From: Kiritimatiellia bacterium
GTDB taxonomy: Bacteria > Verrucomicrobiota > Kiritimatiellia > RFP12 > UBA1067
Direction of reading: 5' to 3'
DNA: 64,000 bases
NCBI GenBank assembly: GCA_017454745.1
Contig: JAFTCL010000029.1
Location: 23,968-87,967 of the forward strand
The notes beneath the pieces were generated by a model. That model worked only from the letters and a program-made list of their open reading frames with translations. It had not been told where the DNA came from and ran no database searches. Made by a program: the position numbers and the translations under genes. This document shows positions 10,511 through 19,622 of the stretch, in pieces (position 1 is the stretch's first letter; every line of letters starts with the position of its first letter).

Positions 10511-11247
10511 CGGTGGGGATTGATGTTATGGGCGATAAGCCAAACCGTAAGGTTGGCCGCATTGAAAACCATGTGCATGACAATGGGCGTGACGATGGAT
10601 TTTGATTCACGGTAACCAATGCACAGAATCACGCCGAGCAGGGTGAGGGGGACAAACGCGGCGGCGTTGCAGTGCACCAGCGCGAAAAGCGTTCCGCTTA
10701 TCCAAGCCGCCGACCAGAAATTCTTCCGCCACGCGAACAGCGCGGGAAAGGCCAGTCCCCGGAAAACCAGTTCCTCGTAAACCGGGGCGAGCGCGATAAT
10801 GAAAAATATCACCAGCATTTCCGCCCATTTCGGCAACCCGCCGTCATCAAGGTATCCGAAGATCGGTTGCTGTTCCAGATTCAGACCAATCCGGTTTGCC
10901 AGTATCGCCAACAGTCCGGACGCGACCATCAGCAACGGGGTGGTGGCGATGCCGAAGTTAAGGCCTTTTAATACAGCCAGGGCGGGCGTGCGCTTTAATC
11001 CGAACGCGGTACCGAATGGCAGCCGCGCGATCCGCAGCGTCAAAACAACAAGGACGAACGAGAATACGGCGAAATACAACAGGCTCAAGGTGATGGCGGC
11101 GGCACTTGGCGCGGCGGTCGGTTCGCTGGACAAAGCGGTGGCCACGGCGGGGGAAAACAGCACTGCCAGCAACATGAAAAATACGGCGGCGGCGGATGTC
11201 GGAAGGGCGATAGGAAAATCCGTCGGCTGAGGGTCAGTCTCGTCCAT
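10507..11247 (-). CDS. CPBP (CAAX) family intramembrane metalloprotease.
   Basis: Hydrophobic protein with EELVFRG, FALVHCN and HMVFN motifs (Abi/CAAX protease signature). Start trimmed to MDETDPQ (11247) to avoid a 107-nt overlap with the upstream gene. Its stop overlaps the KamA start by 4 nt. Confidence 0.7.
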   Translation of the reverse strand: MDETDPQPTDFPIALPTSAAAVFFMLLAVLFSPAVATALSSEPTAAPSAAAITLSLLYFAVFSFVLVVLTLRIARLPFGTAFGLKRTPALAVLKGLNFGIATTPLLMVASGLLAILANRIGLNLEQQPIFGYLDDGGLPKWAEMLVIFFIIALAPVYEELVFRGLAFPALFAWRKNFWSAAWISGTLFALVHCNAAAFVPLTLLGVILCIGYRESKSIVTPIVMHMVFNAANLTVWLIAHNINPHR

Positions 11248-11878
11248 GCTGGGACTCCGTGGTGTCAGTGGAGGACGGGTACCGGCGGTGAATCCATAGT
11301 AGTAGCCGCACCGACCACATCGCCAGCAAGGCATAGCCAAAAAGTTCCAGCCCCTCCTCCGCCACGTGTTTCGCCATGCGGTTGCCGGGAGCGAAATACC
11401 GCCAAACGGAAGACATTCCGGCCAAACGGGAGAAAAACAGGAGAATACTCATTGCCAGTGCCAGAACGGATACGCCAGGATCTTCCGCGATTGCCGACAG
11501 GCCAGCCACGATGGTGCGGCGGCGGTACGCCGCCAGCGCGACAAAGGTCGAAGCCACCGCGACGGCGAAGGGCAGCCATGCCCCGTGGTAGAGCATTTTG
11601 TCAAACAGATAGTCCAACTCGCGGCAGAACATGGTGGCAAGAAATCCGGTGGCCAGCAGCATCCCGCCGGAGAGTTGGCGGAACCGCGCCGAGATGAATA
11701 CCAGAACCGCCGCGGTTCCGCCCAGCAGAACCAGTTGCGAATTTTCAATCAGTGATCCGTCGAATGCGTCCTGGGGAAAATGTTTGATGTTGAGGTAGAT
11801 CAGCAGCAAAACTGCAGATTCCGCCCCGACAAAAGAGAAAAAAATGCCGACGCATTTCAATAACGGTGACTTTAGCAT
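11234..11878 (-). CDS. Hypothetical integral membrane protein.
   Basis: 214 aa with 5-6 predicted hydrophobic helices. Operon-like 14-nt overlap with the CPBP protease gene. Confidence 0.5.
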   Translation of the reverse strand: MLKSPLLKCVGIFFSFVGAESAVLLLIYLNIKHFPQDAFDGSLIENSQLVLLGGTAAVLVFISARFRQLSGGMLLATGFLATMFCRELDYLFDKMLYHGAWLPFAVAVASTFVALAAYRRRTIVAGLSAIAEDPGVSVLALAMSILLFFSRLAGMSSVWRYFAPGNRMAKHVAEEGLELFGYALLAMWSVRLLLWIHRRYPSSTDTTESQHGRD

Positions 11879-11990
11879 TATGCATTCCTTTAGGGCGGTA
11901 ACCCGCCTAGACCGTAAAACGAAATCATTTTACCATTTCCGATGTTCAAAATTCAATACAAAATGGCTGACTTTTCCCGTTAGCCCGGGA

Positions 11991-12019
11991 TAGACATTTT
12001 GACCCGGACGTGTTATAAT
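11991..12019 (+). promoter_or_regulatory. Sigma70-like promoter upstream of the GH78 gene.
   Basis: TAGACA (11991-11996), 17 nt, TATAAT (12014-12019). Divergent intergenic region with a T-rich tract. Confidence 0.4.
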
Positions 12020-12132
12020 TTCAACTTGTTTTGGTGGGGTTGGGCTTTTTTTTTTCGCGGGCTTTTTGCCGGGCTTGGCGTCGGCGCGGCCTTTGAACCA
12101 TGGTTTTATTACCGTCACACGGGGCAGATGTT

Positions 12133-14490
12133 ATGAGATTGCAGATTAAGCTTTGGGGTGTTTTGGCGTTTATGGCGGCGGCAGCCGTCGCGGACGGGGT
12201 GTCTTTCCGGAAAGCCCAACCGGTCTGGCCGGAGGGACGCGAGCGGGAGAAAAACCTTTTCGTGGGGTTTTACGCCAAGCTGACCGCGCCGGAACTGGAT
12301 CGGGCGGTGTTAAGGATTACCGGGTCGTCGGTTTACCGGATTTACCTCAACGGCGAGTTCTTGGGGTACGGTCCGGCGCGCGGGCCGCACGGCTGGGACC
12401 GGGTTGACGAATGGCCGTTAAAGCCTCTGGCCCGCGCCGGGGAGAACCATCTGGCGATCGAGGTGGCGGGATACAATGTAAACAGCTTCTACCTTATCGA
12501 CGAGCCGGCCTATTTGCAGGCCGAGGTGGTTCGCGGCGGGGAGGTGGTGGCTGCCACCTCCCCGGCAACGGCGGAATTTTCGGCGCGGCTGCTGCCCCGC
12601 GAGCAAAAGGTTCCCCGTTACAGTTTCCAGCGGCCGTTCGGCGAAGCGTACCATTTGGACGCGGATTCTAAACAGTGGCGGGTCGGGAAGTCCGCCGCCG
12701 CCCCGTTGAAACTGGCGGCGCAGCCGCAGCAAAAGCTGCTTGACCGAATCGCGCCCTATCCGGACTTCAAGAAAAACACCGGATGGAAAGCGCTCACCAC
12801 CGGCGACATCAAGGTCAATCCGGAAAAGCGACTGTGGGCCGATCGCGCCATCAAGAATATCGGTCCGAAACTGGGCGGTTTCCCGGAGCGCGAACTTACC
12901 TCCGTGCCGATCTACGAGGTGCAGAAGATGGAGAGCGCCAATTCCTCGCCTTGTTCCTCGCAGCGGCTGGAATTGTCCGACCGGCGTTATTATGTGGTGG
13001 ATTGGGGACTGAACGACACTGGGTTCATCGGCGGCAAGTTCCGTTGCACCAAGCCCGGAAAACTGTATGTGACTTTTGACGAGTTGCTGTCCGGCAATGA
13101 CGTCAGCCCGGTCCGCATGAGTTGCAGCAACGTCGTGGTTTGGGAATTGAAGACTCCTGGGGAATACGATCTGGAGTCGTTTGAACCCTACACCATGCGC
13201 TATTCGAAAATCATCTCCGACGGCGCGGCGGGGGAATTCGCCGACCTTTATCTGCGCACCTACAAAAATTCCGCTACCGGAAGGGCGACGTTCCACAGCA
13301 GCGATCCGGATTTGGACAAAATCTTCGAGGCCGCCCGCGAGACGTTCGTCCAAAACGCGGTGGACGTGTTTACCGACTGCCCGTCACGGGAGCGCGCCGG
13401 CTGGCTGTGTGACAGCTATTTCACCAGTCGCGCCAGCCAGGTGCTTTGCGGCAACACCGACATGGAGCGGCTGTTCCTGCAAAATTTCGTGCTTCCCGAC
13501 CAGTTCAAGTCCCTTCCCAAGGGCGTGTTTGCGATGTGCTATCCCAGCGACCATCCGGACGGCACGTTCATTCCCAACTGGGCGATGTGGTTGGTGGTGG
13601 AGCTGGACGAGTATGCCCGCCGCAGCGGCGACCGTGAACTGGTGGAGCAGTTCCGTCCGAAAGTGCTGGCGCTGATTGATTTCCTGAAGAAGTACCAAAA
13701 CAGCGACGGCTTGCTCGAAAAACTGCCGTCGTGGGTGTTTGTCGAATGGTCGCGGGCGAACTCGCTGGTGCAGGACGTGAACTATCCGTCGAACATGACC
13801 TTCGCGTGGGTGCTTTCCTGCGCGGCGCGGATGTACAACCTGCCGGAACTTGAGCGCGAAGCCGAGGCAATCCGCGCCACTATCCGCAAGCAATCTTGGG
13901 ACGGCACGTTCTTCATCGACAATGCGGTCCGCCAGCCGGACGGCAAATTGAAACTGAGCGGCGAGCGCACCGAAACCTGCCAGTATTATGCGTTCTTCTT
14001 CCGGACCGCCACGCCGGAGACCCATCCGGAACTGTGGGCGAAGTTGCGCGACGATTTCGGCCCGGCGCGGTCGAAGACCAAGAAGTTCCCGGAGATTCAT
14101 CCGTCGAACGCTTTTATCGGCAATTTCCTGCGGCTGGAGATTCTGTCCCGCGCCGGTTTGTCCGCGCAGATTCTGGACGAGACCAAGGGGTACTTCCTGT
14201 ATATGGCGGAACGCACCGGGACGTTGTGGGAGAATATCACCCCGAACGCCAGCTGCAACCACGGTTTCGCCAGCCATGTGGCGGTGATGCTTTTCCGCGA
14301 CGTGCTGGGAGTTCGCGAGCTTGACCCGCTGGCCAAGACGGTCAAGATAGAGGTGGCGAATCTGCCGCTGGAAAGTTGCGAGGGCACCGTGCCGGTTCTT
14401 GACGGCGAGGTTAAGGTGTCATGGCGGAAAGTGAACGGACGGCCCGAGTTGAATGTTTCAACCCCGCCCGGTTGGAAGGTTGTTAAGTGA
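12133..14490 (+). CDS. Alpha-L-rhamnosidase, glycoside hydrolase family 78.
   Basis: Signal peptide MRLQIKLWGVLAFMAAAAVADG. Diagnostic GH78 six-hairpin motif FTDCPSRERAGWLCDSY (DCPxRER.GW.GD). Confidence 0.8.
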   Translation: MRLQIKLWGVLAFMAAAAVADGVSFRKAQPVWPEGREREKNLFVGFYAKLTAPELDRAVLRITGSSVYRIYLNGEFLGYGPARGPHGWDRVDEWPLKPLARAGENHLAIEVAGYNVNSFYLIDEPAYLQAEVVRGGEVVAATSPATAEFSARLLPREQKVPRYSFQRPFGEAYHLDADSKQWRVGKSAAAPLKLAAQPQQKLLDRIAPYPDFKKNTGWKALTTGDIKVNPEKRLWADRAIKNIGPKLGGFPERELTSVPIYEVQKMESANSSPCSSQRLELSDRRYYVVDWGLNDTGFIGGKFRCTKPGKLYVTFDELLSGNDVSPVRMSCSNVVVWELKTPGEYDLESFEPYTMRYSKIISDGAAGEFADLYLRTYKNSATGRATFHSSDPDLDKIFEAARETFVQNAVDVFTDCPSRERAGWLCDSYFTSRASQVLCGNTDMERLFLQNFVLPDQFKSLPKGVFAMCYPSDHPDGTFIPNWAMWLVVELDEYARRSGDRELVEQFRPKVLALIDFLKKYQNSDGLLEKLPSWVFVEWSRANSLVQDVNYPSNMTFAWVLSCAARMYNLPELEREAEAIRATIRKQSWDGTFFIDNAVRQPDGKLKLSGERTETCQYYAFFFRTATPETHPELWAKLRDDFGPARSKTKKFPEIHPSNAFIGNFLRLEILSRAGLSAQILDETKGYFLYMAERTGTLWENITPNASCNHGFASHVAVMLFRDVLGVRELDPLAKTVKIEVANLPLESCEGTVPVLDGEVKVSWRKVNGRPELNVSTPPGWKVVK

Positions 14491-14500
14491 GGTTTTCAAA

Positions 14501-15553
14501 ATGTTGCGCACGGTTTTAATCACAGGCGGCAGCGGTTTTCTCGGCATCAATCTGGTGCGCAAGTTGCGCGAAAAGGGGGTGGAGAAAATCCGGGTGCTGG
14601 ATATCGCGGATTTCGATTATCCCGAGAAGGATGCCCCGTGGCTGGAGTTCACCAAGGGCGATGTCCGCGACTTGGCGGCGGTGGAAAAGTGCGTGTCGGG
14701 TTGCGATGCGGTGGTAAATACCGCTGCGGCGCTGCCGCTTTACTCGCCGGAAGACATCCGCACTACCGAGGTGGACGGAATTAGAAACGTGTTGGCGGCG
14801 GCGAAGAAATTCCAGGTTTTGCGCATTGTGCAAATCTCGTCCACCGCCGTTTACGGGGTGCCGAAAAAACATCCGATTTACGAAACCGACGAGCTGATTG
14901 GGGTTGGCCCCTACGGTCACGCCAAAATCGAGGCCGAGGCGGTGTGCCGCGATGCGCGGCAGAATGACGGGCAGGTGGTGTGCGTAATTCGGCCCAAGAG
15001 TTTCATCGGCCCGGAGCGGCTGGGCGTGTTTGCGCTTTTCTACGACTGGGCGTACACCGGGCACGGTTTCCCGATGATCGGCAGCGGCAACAACCGTTAT
15101 CAGCTGATGGATGTGGAAGACCTGTGCGACGCATTGTGGAATTCGCTCACTTATCCCGATGCGGCGGTGAACAGCGAATTCAACATCGGGGCGAAAGAGT
15201 TCACCACGATGAAGGAAGACTATCAGGCGGTGTTGGACCGCGCCGGCCACGGCAAAAAAATCCGCGGTCTGCCGGTCAAGCCGATCGTACTGATTTTGCG
15301 GGTGCTGGAGAAACTGCACCTTTCACCGCTTTACCCTTGGGTTTACGAAACCGCATCGACCGACAGTTTCGTTTCGGTGGAGAAAGCGGAAAAGATGTTG
15401 GACTTCAAGCCGAGGTTTTCCAACAAAGACGCGCTGATCCGCAACTACGATTGGTACGTGGCGCACTTGGACGAATTCAAGGGCAAAACCGGGGTGTCGC
15501 ACCGGGTCCCGTGGAAACAGGGGTTGTTGGCGGTTGCGAAGTGGTTTTTCTAA
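14501..15553 (+). CDS. NAD-dependent epimerase/dehydratase (SDR superfamily, 3-beta-HSD-like).
   Basis: N-terminal VLITGGSGFLGINLVRKL Rossmann motif. Catalytic YGHAK (YxxxK). Confidence 0.8.
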   Translation: MLRTVLITGGSGFLGINLVRKLREKGVEKIRVLDIADFDYPEKDAPWLEFTKGDVRDLAAVEKCVSGCDAVVNTAAALPLYSPEDIRTTEVDGIRNVLAAAKKFQVLRIVQISSTAVYGVPKKHPIYETDELIGVGPYGHAKIEAEAVCRDARQNDGQVVCVIRPKSFIGPERLGVFALFYDWAYTGHGFPMIGSGNNRYQLMDVEDLCDALWNSLTYPDAAVNSEFNIGAKEFTTMKEDYQAVLDRAGHGKKIRGLPVKPIVLILRVLEKLHLSPLYPWVYETASTDSFVSVEKAEKMLDFKPRFSNKDALIRNYDWYVAHLDEFKGKTGVSHRVPWKQGLLAVAKWFF

Positions 15554-15566
15554 ACGGGATTGGCCG

Positions 15567-16379
15567 ATGGGACTTGAATTGCGTTTTTTGGGGACGGGAA
15601 CCTCGGTGGGCGTACCGATGATCGGGTGCGACTGTCCGGTCTGCACCAGCCCCGACCCCCGCAACCGCCGCCGCCGGAGTTGCCTTTTCGTCAAGCACGG
15701 CGACGGTTCGTTCGTGGTGGACACGCCGCCAGACTTCCGGGAGCAGATGCTGGAAGAGCGGATCCGGCGGGTGGACGCGGTGTTCTTCACCCATGTCCAT
15801 GCCGACCACATTTTCGGGTTTGACGACATACGCCGGTTCAATACCATCCAGAATTCGGTCATCCCCGCGTACGGCGCTCCGGAGATTCTCCGTCGCATCC
15901 ATGAGATATTCGACTACATCGGCGAAATCCCCGGAGACAACGGGTTGTTCCGTCCGCTGATCCGTTTTTGCCCGATGACCGAACCGGTGGAGGTCGATGG
16001 GGTGCGGATGACGCTTTTGCCGGTCGAGCACGGCGGTGCGCCGTGTTACGGTTATCTGATGGAGGCGGACGGAGTGCGGGTCGGGTACATCTCGGACTGT
16101 TCGCGTATTCCGGAGTCCACGCTGGCGGTACTCGGCGATTTGGACGTGATGGTGCTGGATGCGTTGCGGTACCGTCCGCACCCTTCGCACATGTGCGTTG
16201 CGGAATCGGTGGCTTGTCTGGAAAAGATCGGGGCGAAACGCTCCTACCTGATCCATCTATGCCACGATTTGGATCACGGGAAACTTTCCGGGGAACTACC
16301 GGAGAATATGTTTGTTACTTACGACGGTTTACGGGTAACGGTAGATCGCGATGGAAAATCGGCAGGAGAAGAGCAATGA
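15567..16379 (+). CDS. MBL-fold metallo-hydrolase (PhnP-like phosphodiesterase).
   Basis: LRFLGTGTSVGVP, Zn-ribbon-like CDCPVC, HxHxDH motif HVHADHIFG. Confidence 0.75.
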   Translation: MGLELRFLGTGTSVGVPMIGCDCPVCTSPDPRNRRRRSCLFVKHGDGSFVVDTPPDFREQMLEERIRRVDAVFFTHVHADHIFGFDDIRRFNTIQNSVIPAYGAPEILRRIHEIFDYIGEIPGDNGLFRPLIRFCPMTEPVEVDGVRMTLLPVEHGGAPCYGYLMEADGVRVGYISDCSRIPESTLAVLGDLDVMVLDALRYRPHPSHMCVAESVACLEKIGAKRSYLIHLCHDLDHGKLSGELPENMFVTYDGLRVTVDRDGKSAGEEQ

Positions 16380-17194
16380 TTAAAAAATGTTTGGCTTTGG
16401 CGTTGGTTTTGGCGGCTGGACGGCTTTGCGCGCAACAGTTCCCGATTAAACTGGAGTTGGCGTATAACGCCTTTGTGGTGGGGGAGCCGGTGCTGGTGCA
16501 GATTACGCTGGAAAATGACGACCGGCAGGACATCGTGATCGACGAGAAGAGCCGTGACCGGATCTTTTTCGAGCTGACCACCGAAGACCGTTACAACTAC
16601 ATTAAGCAGTACCGCGAAGGACTGGTGGCGGGCGCGTTCACCGTTTCGCCGCGCCAAAACGCCCAGCGCAGACTGGAGCTGGACAAATGGCATTCGCTGA
16701 TGAGCGAGGGCAAATATTTCGTGCAGGCGGTGTTCCTCCACAACGGGCAACGCTATGTAAGCCAGCTAAAAACTTTTGACATCGTGCCCGGCTTGAAATT
16801 GAAGGAAGGCATCCAGATGTTTGTCAAACCCGCCAACCTGAAGCGGACCTTTACCTTGTCCTATTGGCATCGCAACGAGGTGGACCGGCTCTTCCTGCGG
16901 GCGGTGGACGAACCGAGCGGCCTAATGTGGGACACTGTTGATCTAGGGACTTTCTCGCGCGCCTATCCCGCCAAGCTCGACATCGCTCCGGACGGAGTAG
17001 TCTCTGTGGTGCACAAGTCGAATCAGGACGTCTTCTTCCGGACGGTACTGTGGTCATTGCCCGAAAGTCTTGAAGTGGTGGAACGCAACAAACTGTTGGA
17101 TCCGGAGGTGGCGGCATCGCAGAACGCCAAATCGCTTTATAACGAATCCGGGGATAAAAAATCGGCAAAGAAGCCCTGGTGGAAGCTATGGTAG
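16376..17194 (+). CDS. Hypothetical secreted protein.
   Basis: Start MIKKCLALALVLAAGRLCAQQ (signal peptide) overlaps the MBL stop (ATGA). No recognisable domain. Confidence 0.5.
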   Translation: MIKKCLALALVLAAGRLCAQQFPIKLELAYNAFVVGEPVLVQITLENDDRQDIVIDEKSRDRIFFELTTEDRYNYIKQYREGLVAGAFTVSPRQNAQRRLELDKWHSLMSEGKYFVQAVFLHNGQRYVSQLKTFDIVPGLKLKEGIQMFVKPANLKRTFTLSYWHRNEVDRLFLRAVDEPSGLMWDTVDLGTFSRAYPAKLDIAPDGVVSVVHKSNQDVFFRTVLWSLPESLEVVERNKLLDPEVAASQNAKSLYNESGDKKSAKKPWWKLW

Positions 17195-18480
17195 AAAAGT
17201 CGTCAATCACCACTATCCTGATCGTTATGCTTGCCGCCGCGTTTTTGGGCGCGGCGGGATGCCGTACTGTTCCTTCCGCTTCCGCGCCGGATGACGCGGT
17301 TGCCGCCGGAATCGGTGAGACCGAAGCCGATGAGGATCTGAAAAACCTGATGATGCTGTCCGAGGCGCTGAAGCTGGCGCAACGGTCGCATGTTGACGAG
17401 CACAGTTACCGGGACCTGGTCTATTCCGCCGCTGATCTGATGTTGCACTCGCTCGATCCGCACAGTGCCTTCTTGCCGCCGGAACCGCTGGAATCGCTGG
17501 TCGAGGAAACCAGCGGCAAATTCGGCGGTATCGGCTTGAGCGTGGAGTCGGTTGGCAACGGGGTGAGAGTGATGGCTCCGGTGGCGGACTCTCCGGCCGC
17601 CAAAGCCGGAATCAAGGCCGGCGACACGATCGTGGCGGTTGACGGGCAGTCGTTGCAGGGCGTGTCGTTGAATGACGCGGTGAAATCGATGCGCGGCGAG
17701 GCAGGAACCGAGGTTAAGGTCACGGTGCGGCGACCCTCCGGCGAAGAGGTGCAGGTGCCGATCAAGCGGGATGAAATCAAAGTCACCAGCGTCAAGGGCG
17801 CGGAACAGCTGGGCGATGATTTGGGGTATGTGCGGATTGTGCAATTCAGTAAGAGTGTGCCAAGTGATTTTGCCAAAGCTTTGGCGCAGTTCCGCCGTAA
17901 GAAGGTAAAGGGGCTGATTGTCGATCTCCGCAACAATCCGGGCGGATTGCTGGAGTCAGCCGTCGGGGTGGCCGAACAGGTGCTGCCGCAGGGTAGCGAG
18001 ATTGTCTCCGTGCGCGGTCGCCAAAGCGACGGCAAGCCGAATAAATTCACCGCCGGTTGGTGCCAGGGACGCGACACCGGATTGCCGTTGGCGGTGTTGG
18101 TCAACGGAGCCAGCGCCAGCGCTTCGGAAGTTTTGGCGGGGGCGCTAAAAGACCATCACCGTGCGGTGCTGGTGGGCGAGACCACCTACGGCAAGGCGTC
18201 GGTTCAGAGCGTGATTCCGCTTAAGACGAATCCAGACTGCGCGGTGCGGCTGACCACGGCCTATTACTTTACTCCGTCGGGGCATCAAATCCACGGGCGG
18301 GGCATCGAACCGGATGAGAAGGTCGCGGTCGACGAAGCCGAACGCCAGCGGATTTACCGCCAGCAGGTGGCGCGGGAGCGTGGCGGCGGGGTAAATCTTT
18401 CGCAGATCGGGGACCGCCAGTTGGAACGGGCGTGCGAGATATTGCGCGGCGGCGCGCAACCGGAACAGGGCAAAGAGTGA
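17179..18480 (+). CDS. C-terminal processing peptidase, family S41 (Ctp/Prc), with a PDZ domain.
   Basis: Lipoprotein-like N-terminus. PDZ segment GIGLSVE...GDTIVAVDG. S41 motifs LIVDLRNNPGG and TYGKASVQS. Confidence 0.85.
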   Translation: MEAMVEKSSITTILIVMLAAAFLGAAGCRTVPSASAPDDAVAAGIGETEADEDLKNLMMLSEALKLAQRSHVDEHSYRDLVYSAADLMLHSLDPHSAFLPPEPLESLVEETSGKFGGIGLSVESVGNGVRVMAPVADSPAAKAGIKAGDTIVAVDGQSLQGVSLNDAVKSMRGEAGTEVKVTVRRPSGEEVQVPIKRDEIKVTSVKGAEQLGDDLGYVRIVQFSKSVPSDFAKALAQFRRKKVKGLIVDLRNNPGGLLESAVGVAEQVLPQGSEIVSVRGRQSDGKPNKFTAGWCQGRDTGLPLAVLVNGASASASEVLAGALKDHHRAVLVGETTYGKASVQSVIPLKTNPDCAVRLTTAYYFTPSGHQIHGRGIEPDEKVAVDEAERQRIYRQQVARERGGGVNLSQIGDRQLERACEILRGGAQPEQGKE

Positions 18481-18484
18481 GCTT

Positions 18485-19570
18485 ATGGTTGTTTTAGGAA
18501 TTGAATCTTCATGTGACGAAACGGCGGCGGCAGTGGTGGAAAACGGCCGCAAGGTGCTGTCCAGCGTGGTGGCCACCCAGATTGCGCTCCACCGTCCCTA
18601 CGGTGGCGTGGTGCCGGAAATCGCCTCCCGCAGCCATGTCGAGAAAATCGGCGGCGTGATTCGCGAGGCGGTGGCGGAGGCTTTCGGCGGAAACGGCGAG
18701 GCTGAGTGCGATCCGAGCTGGTGGCACAATATCGATGCCATCGCGGTGACCTTCGGTCCGGGGTTGGCGAGTTCGCTGATGGTCGGACTGTCGGCGGCAA
18801 AGGGGCTGGCCTTAAGTTTGGGAAAACCGTTGATCGGCATCAACCACATCGAGGCGCATTTGCATTCGGTGTTTCTCGACCCGTCCGCGCCCGATCCGCG
18901 TTCGCTCGGCCGTTGTTTGGGATTGGCGGTTTCCGGCGGGCACTCCAGTTGGGTTGACATGCCGGAATTCGGTAAATACTCCATCATCGGCCAGACGCTT
19001 GACGACGCGGCCGGAGAAGCGTTTGACAAAGCCGCCAAGCTGCTGGGGCTTGGTTATCCCGGCGGACCGATTATTGACCGCGTGGCGCGAACCGCGTCGC
19101 GCCGGGATGCGGTGAAATTCCCTCGCGGCCGGCCTAAAGAGGGTACTCCCGCGCTGGGCGGGCTCCGGGCGGAACTTTGCGTGAGTTTCAGCGGATTAAA
19201 AACCGCGCTGATGTACCATTTGCGCAACCATCCGCCGGCCGATGACCGCGAGAAGGCAGAGATCTCGGCCGCGTATCAGGAAGCGATCGTTGGAGCGTTG
19301 GCCGACCGGACTATCACCGCGCTCCATTCCAGACGCTACGAAGCTTTGGTGGTTGGCGGCGGGGTGTCGTTGAACAGCAGTTTGCGCGAACGGTTGTCTG
19401 AGGTGGCATCCGCCGCCAGAGTGCCGTTTCTGGCGGCGTTGCCGCAATATTGCGGTGACAACGCGGCGATGGTGGCCGGGCTGGCCGGGATGGGTGTCGG
19501 GGTGACCGGCGATGCGGCAATGCGGTTGGATGTAATGCCTTCTTTGGAGGCGGGGGATATTGTGGTTTGA
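18485..19570 (+). CDS. tsaD: tRNA N6-adenosine threonylcarbamoyltransferase TsaD.
   Basis: Canonical N-terminus MVVLGIESSCDETAAAVV. Kae1/Gcp family motifs throughout. Confidence 0.9.
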   Translation: MVVLGIESSCDETAAAVVENGRKVLSSVVATQIALHRPYGGVVPEIASRSHVEKIGGVIREAVAEAFGGNGEAECDPSWWHNIDAIAVTFGPGLASSLMVGLSAAKGLALSLGKPLIGINHIEAHLHSVFLDPSAPDPRSLGRCLGLAVSGGHSSWVDMPEFGKYSIIGQTLDDAAGEAFDKAAKLLGLGYPGGPIIDRVARTASRRDAVKFPRGRPKEGTPALGGLRAELCVSFSGLKTALMYHLRNHPPADDREKAEISAAYQEAIVGALADRTITALHSRRYEALVVGGGVSLNSSLRERLSEVASAARVPFLAALPQYCGDNAAMVAGLAGMGVGVTGDAAMRLDVMPSLEAGDIVV

Positions 19571-19622
19571 TTTTTTGTGGCGGTTTGCCACCGGTGCGAT
19601 TAGTTACGAAAGAGGATAAGTT

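Noticed and set aside
11930-12118. 62-aa Lys/Pro-rich ORF on the minus strand in the divergent intergenic region.
   Set aside because: It has low-complexity basic composition, overlaps the predicted promoter of the GH78 gene and has no RBS; it is probably spurious.
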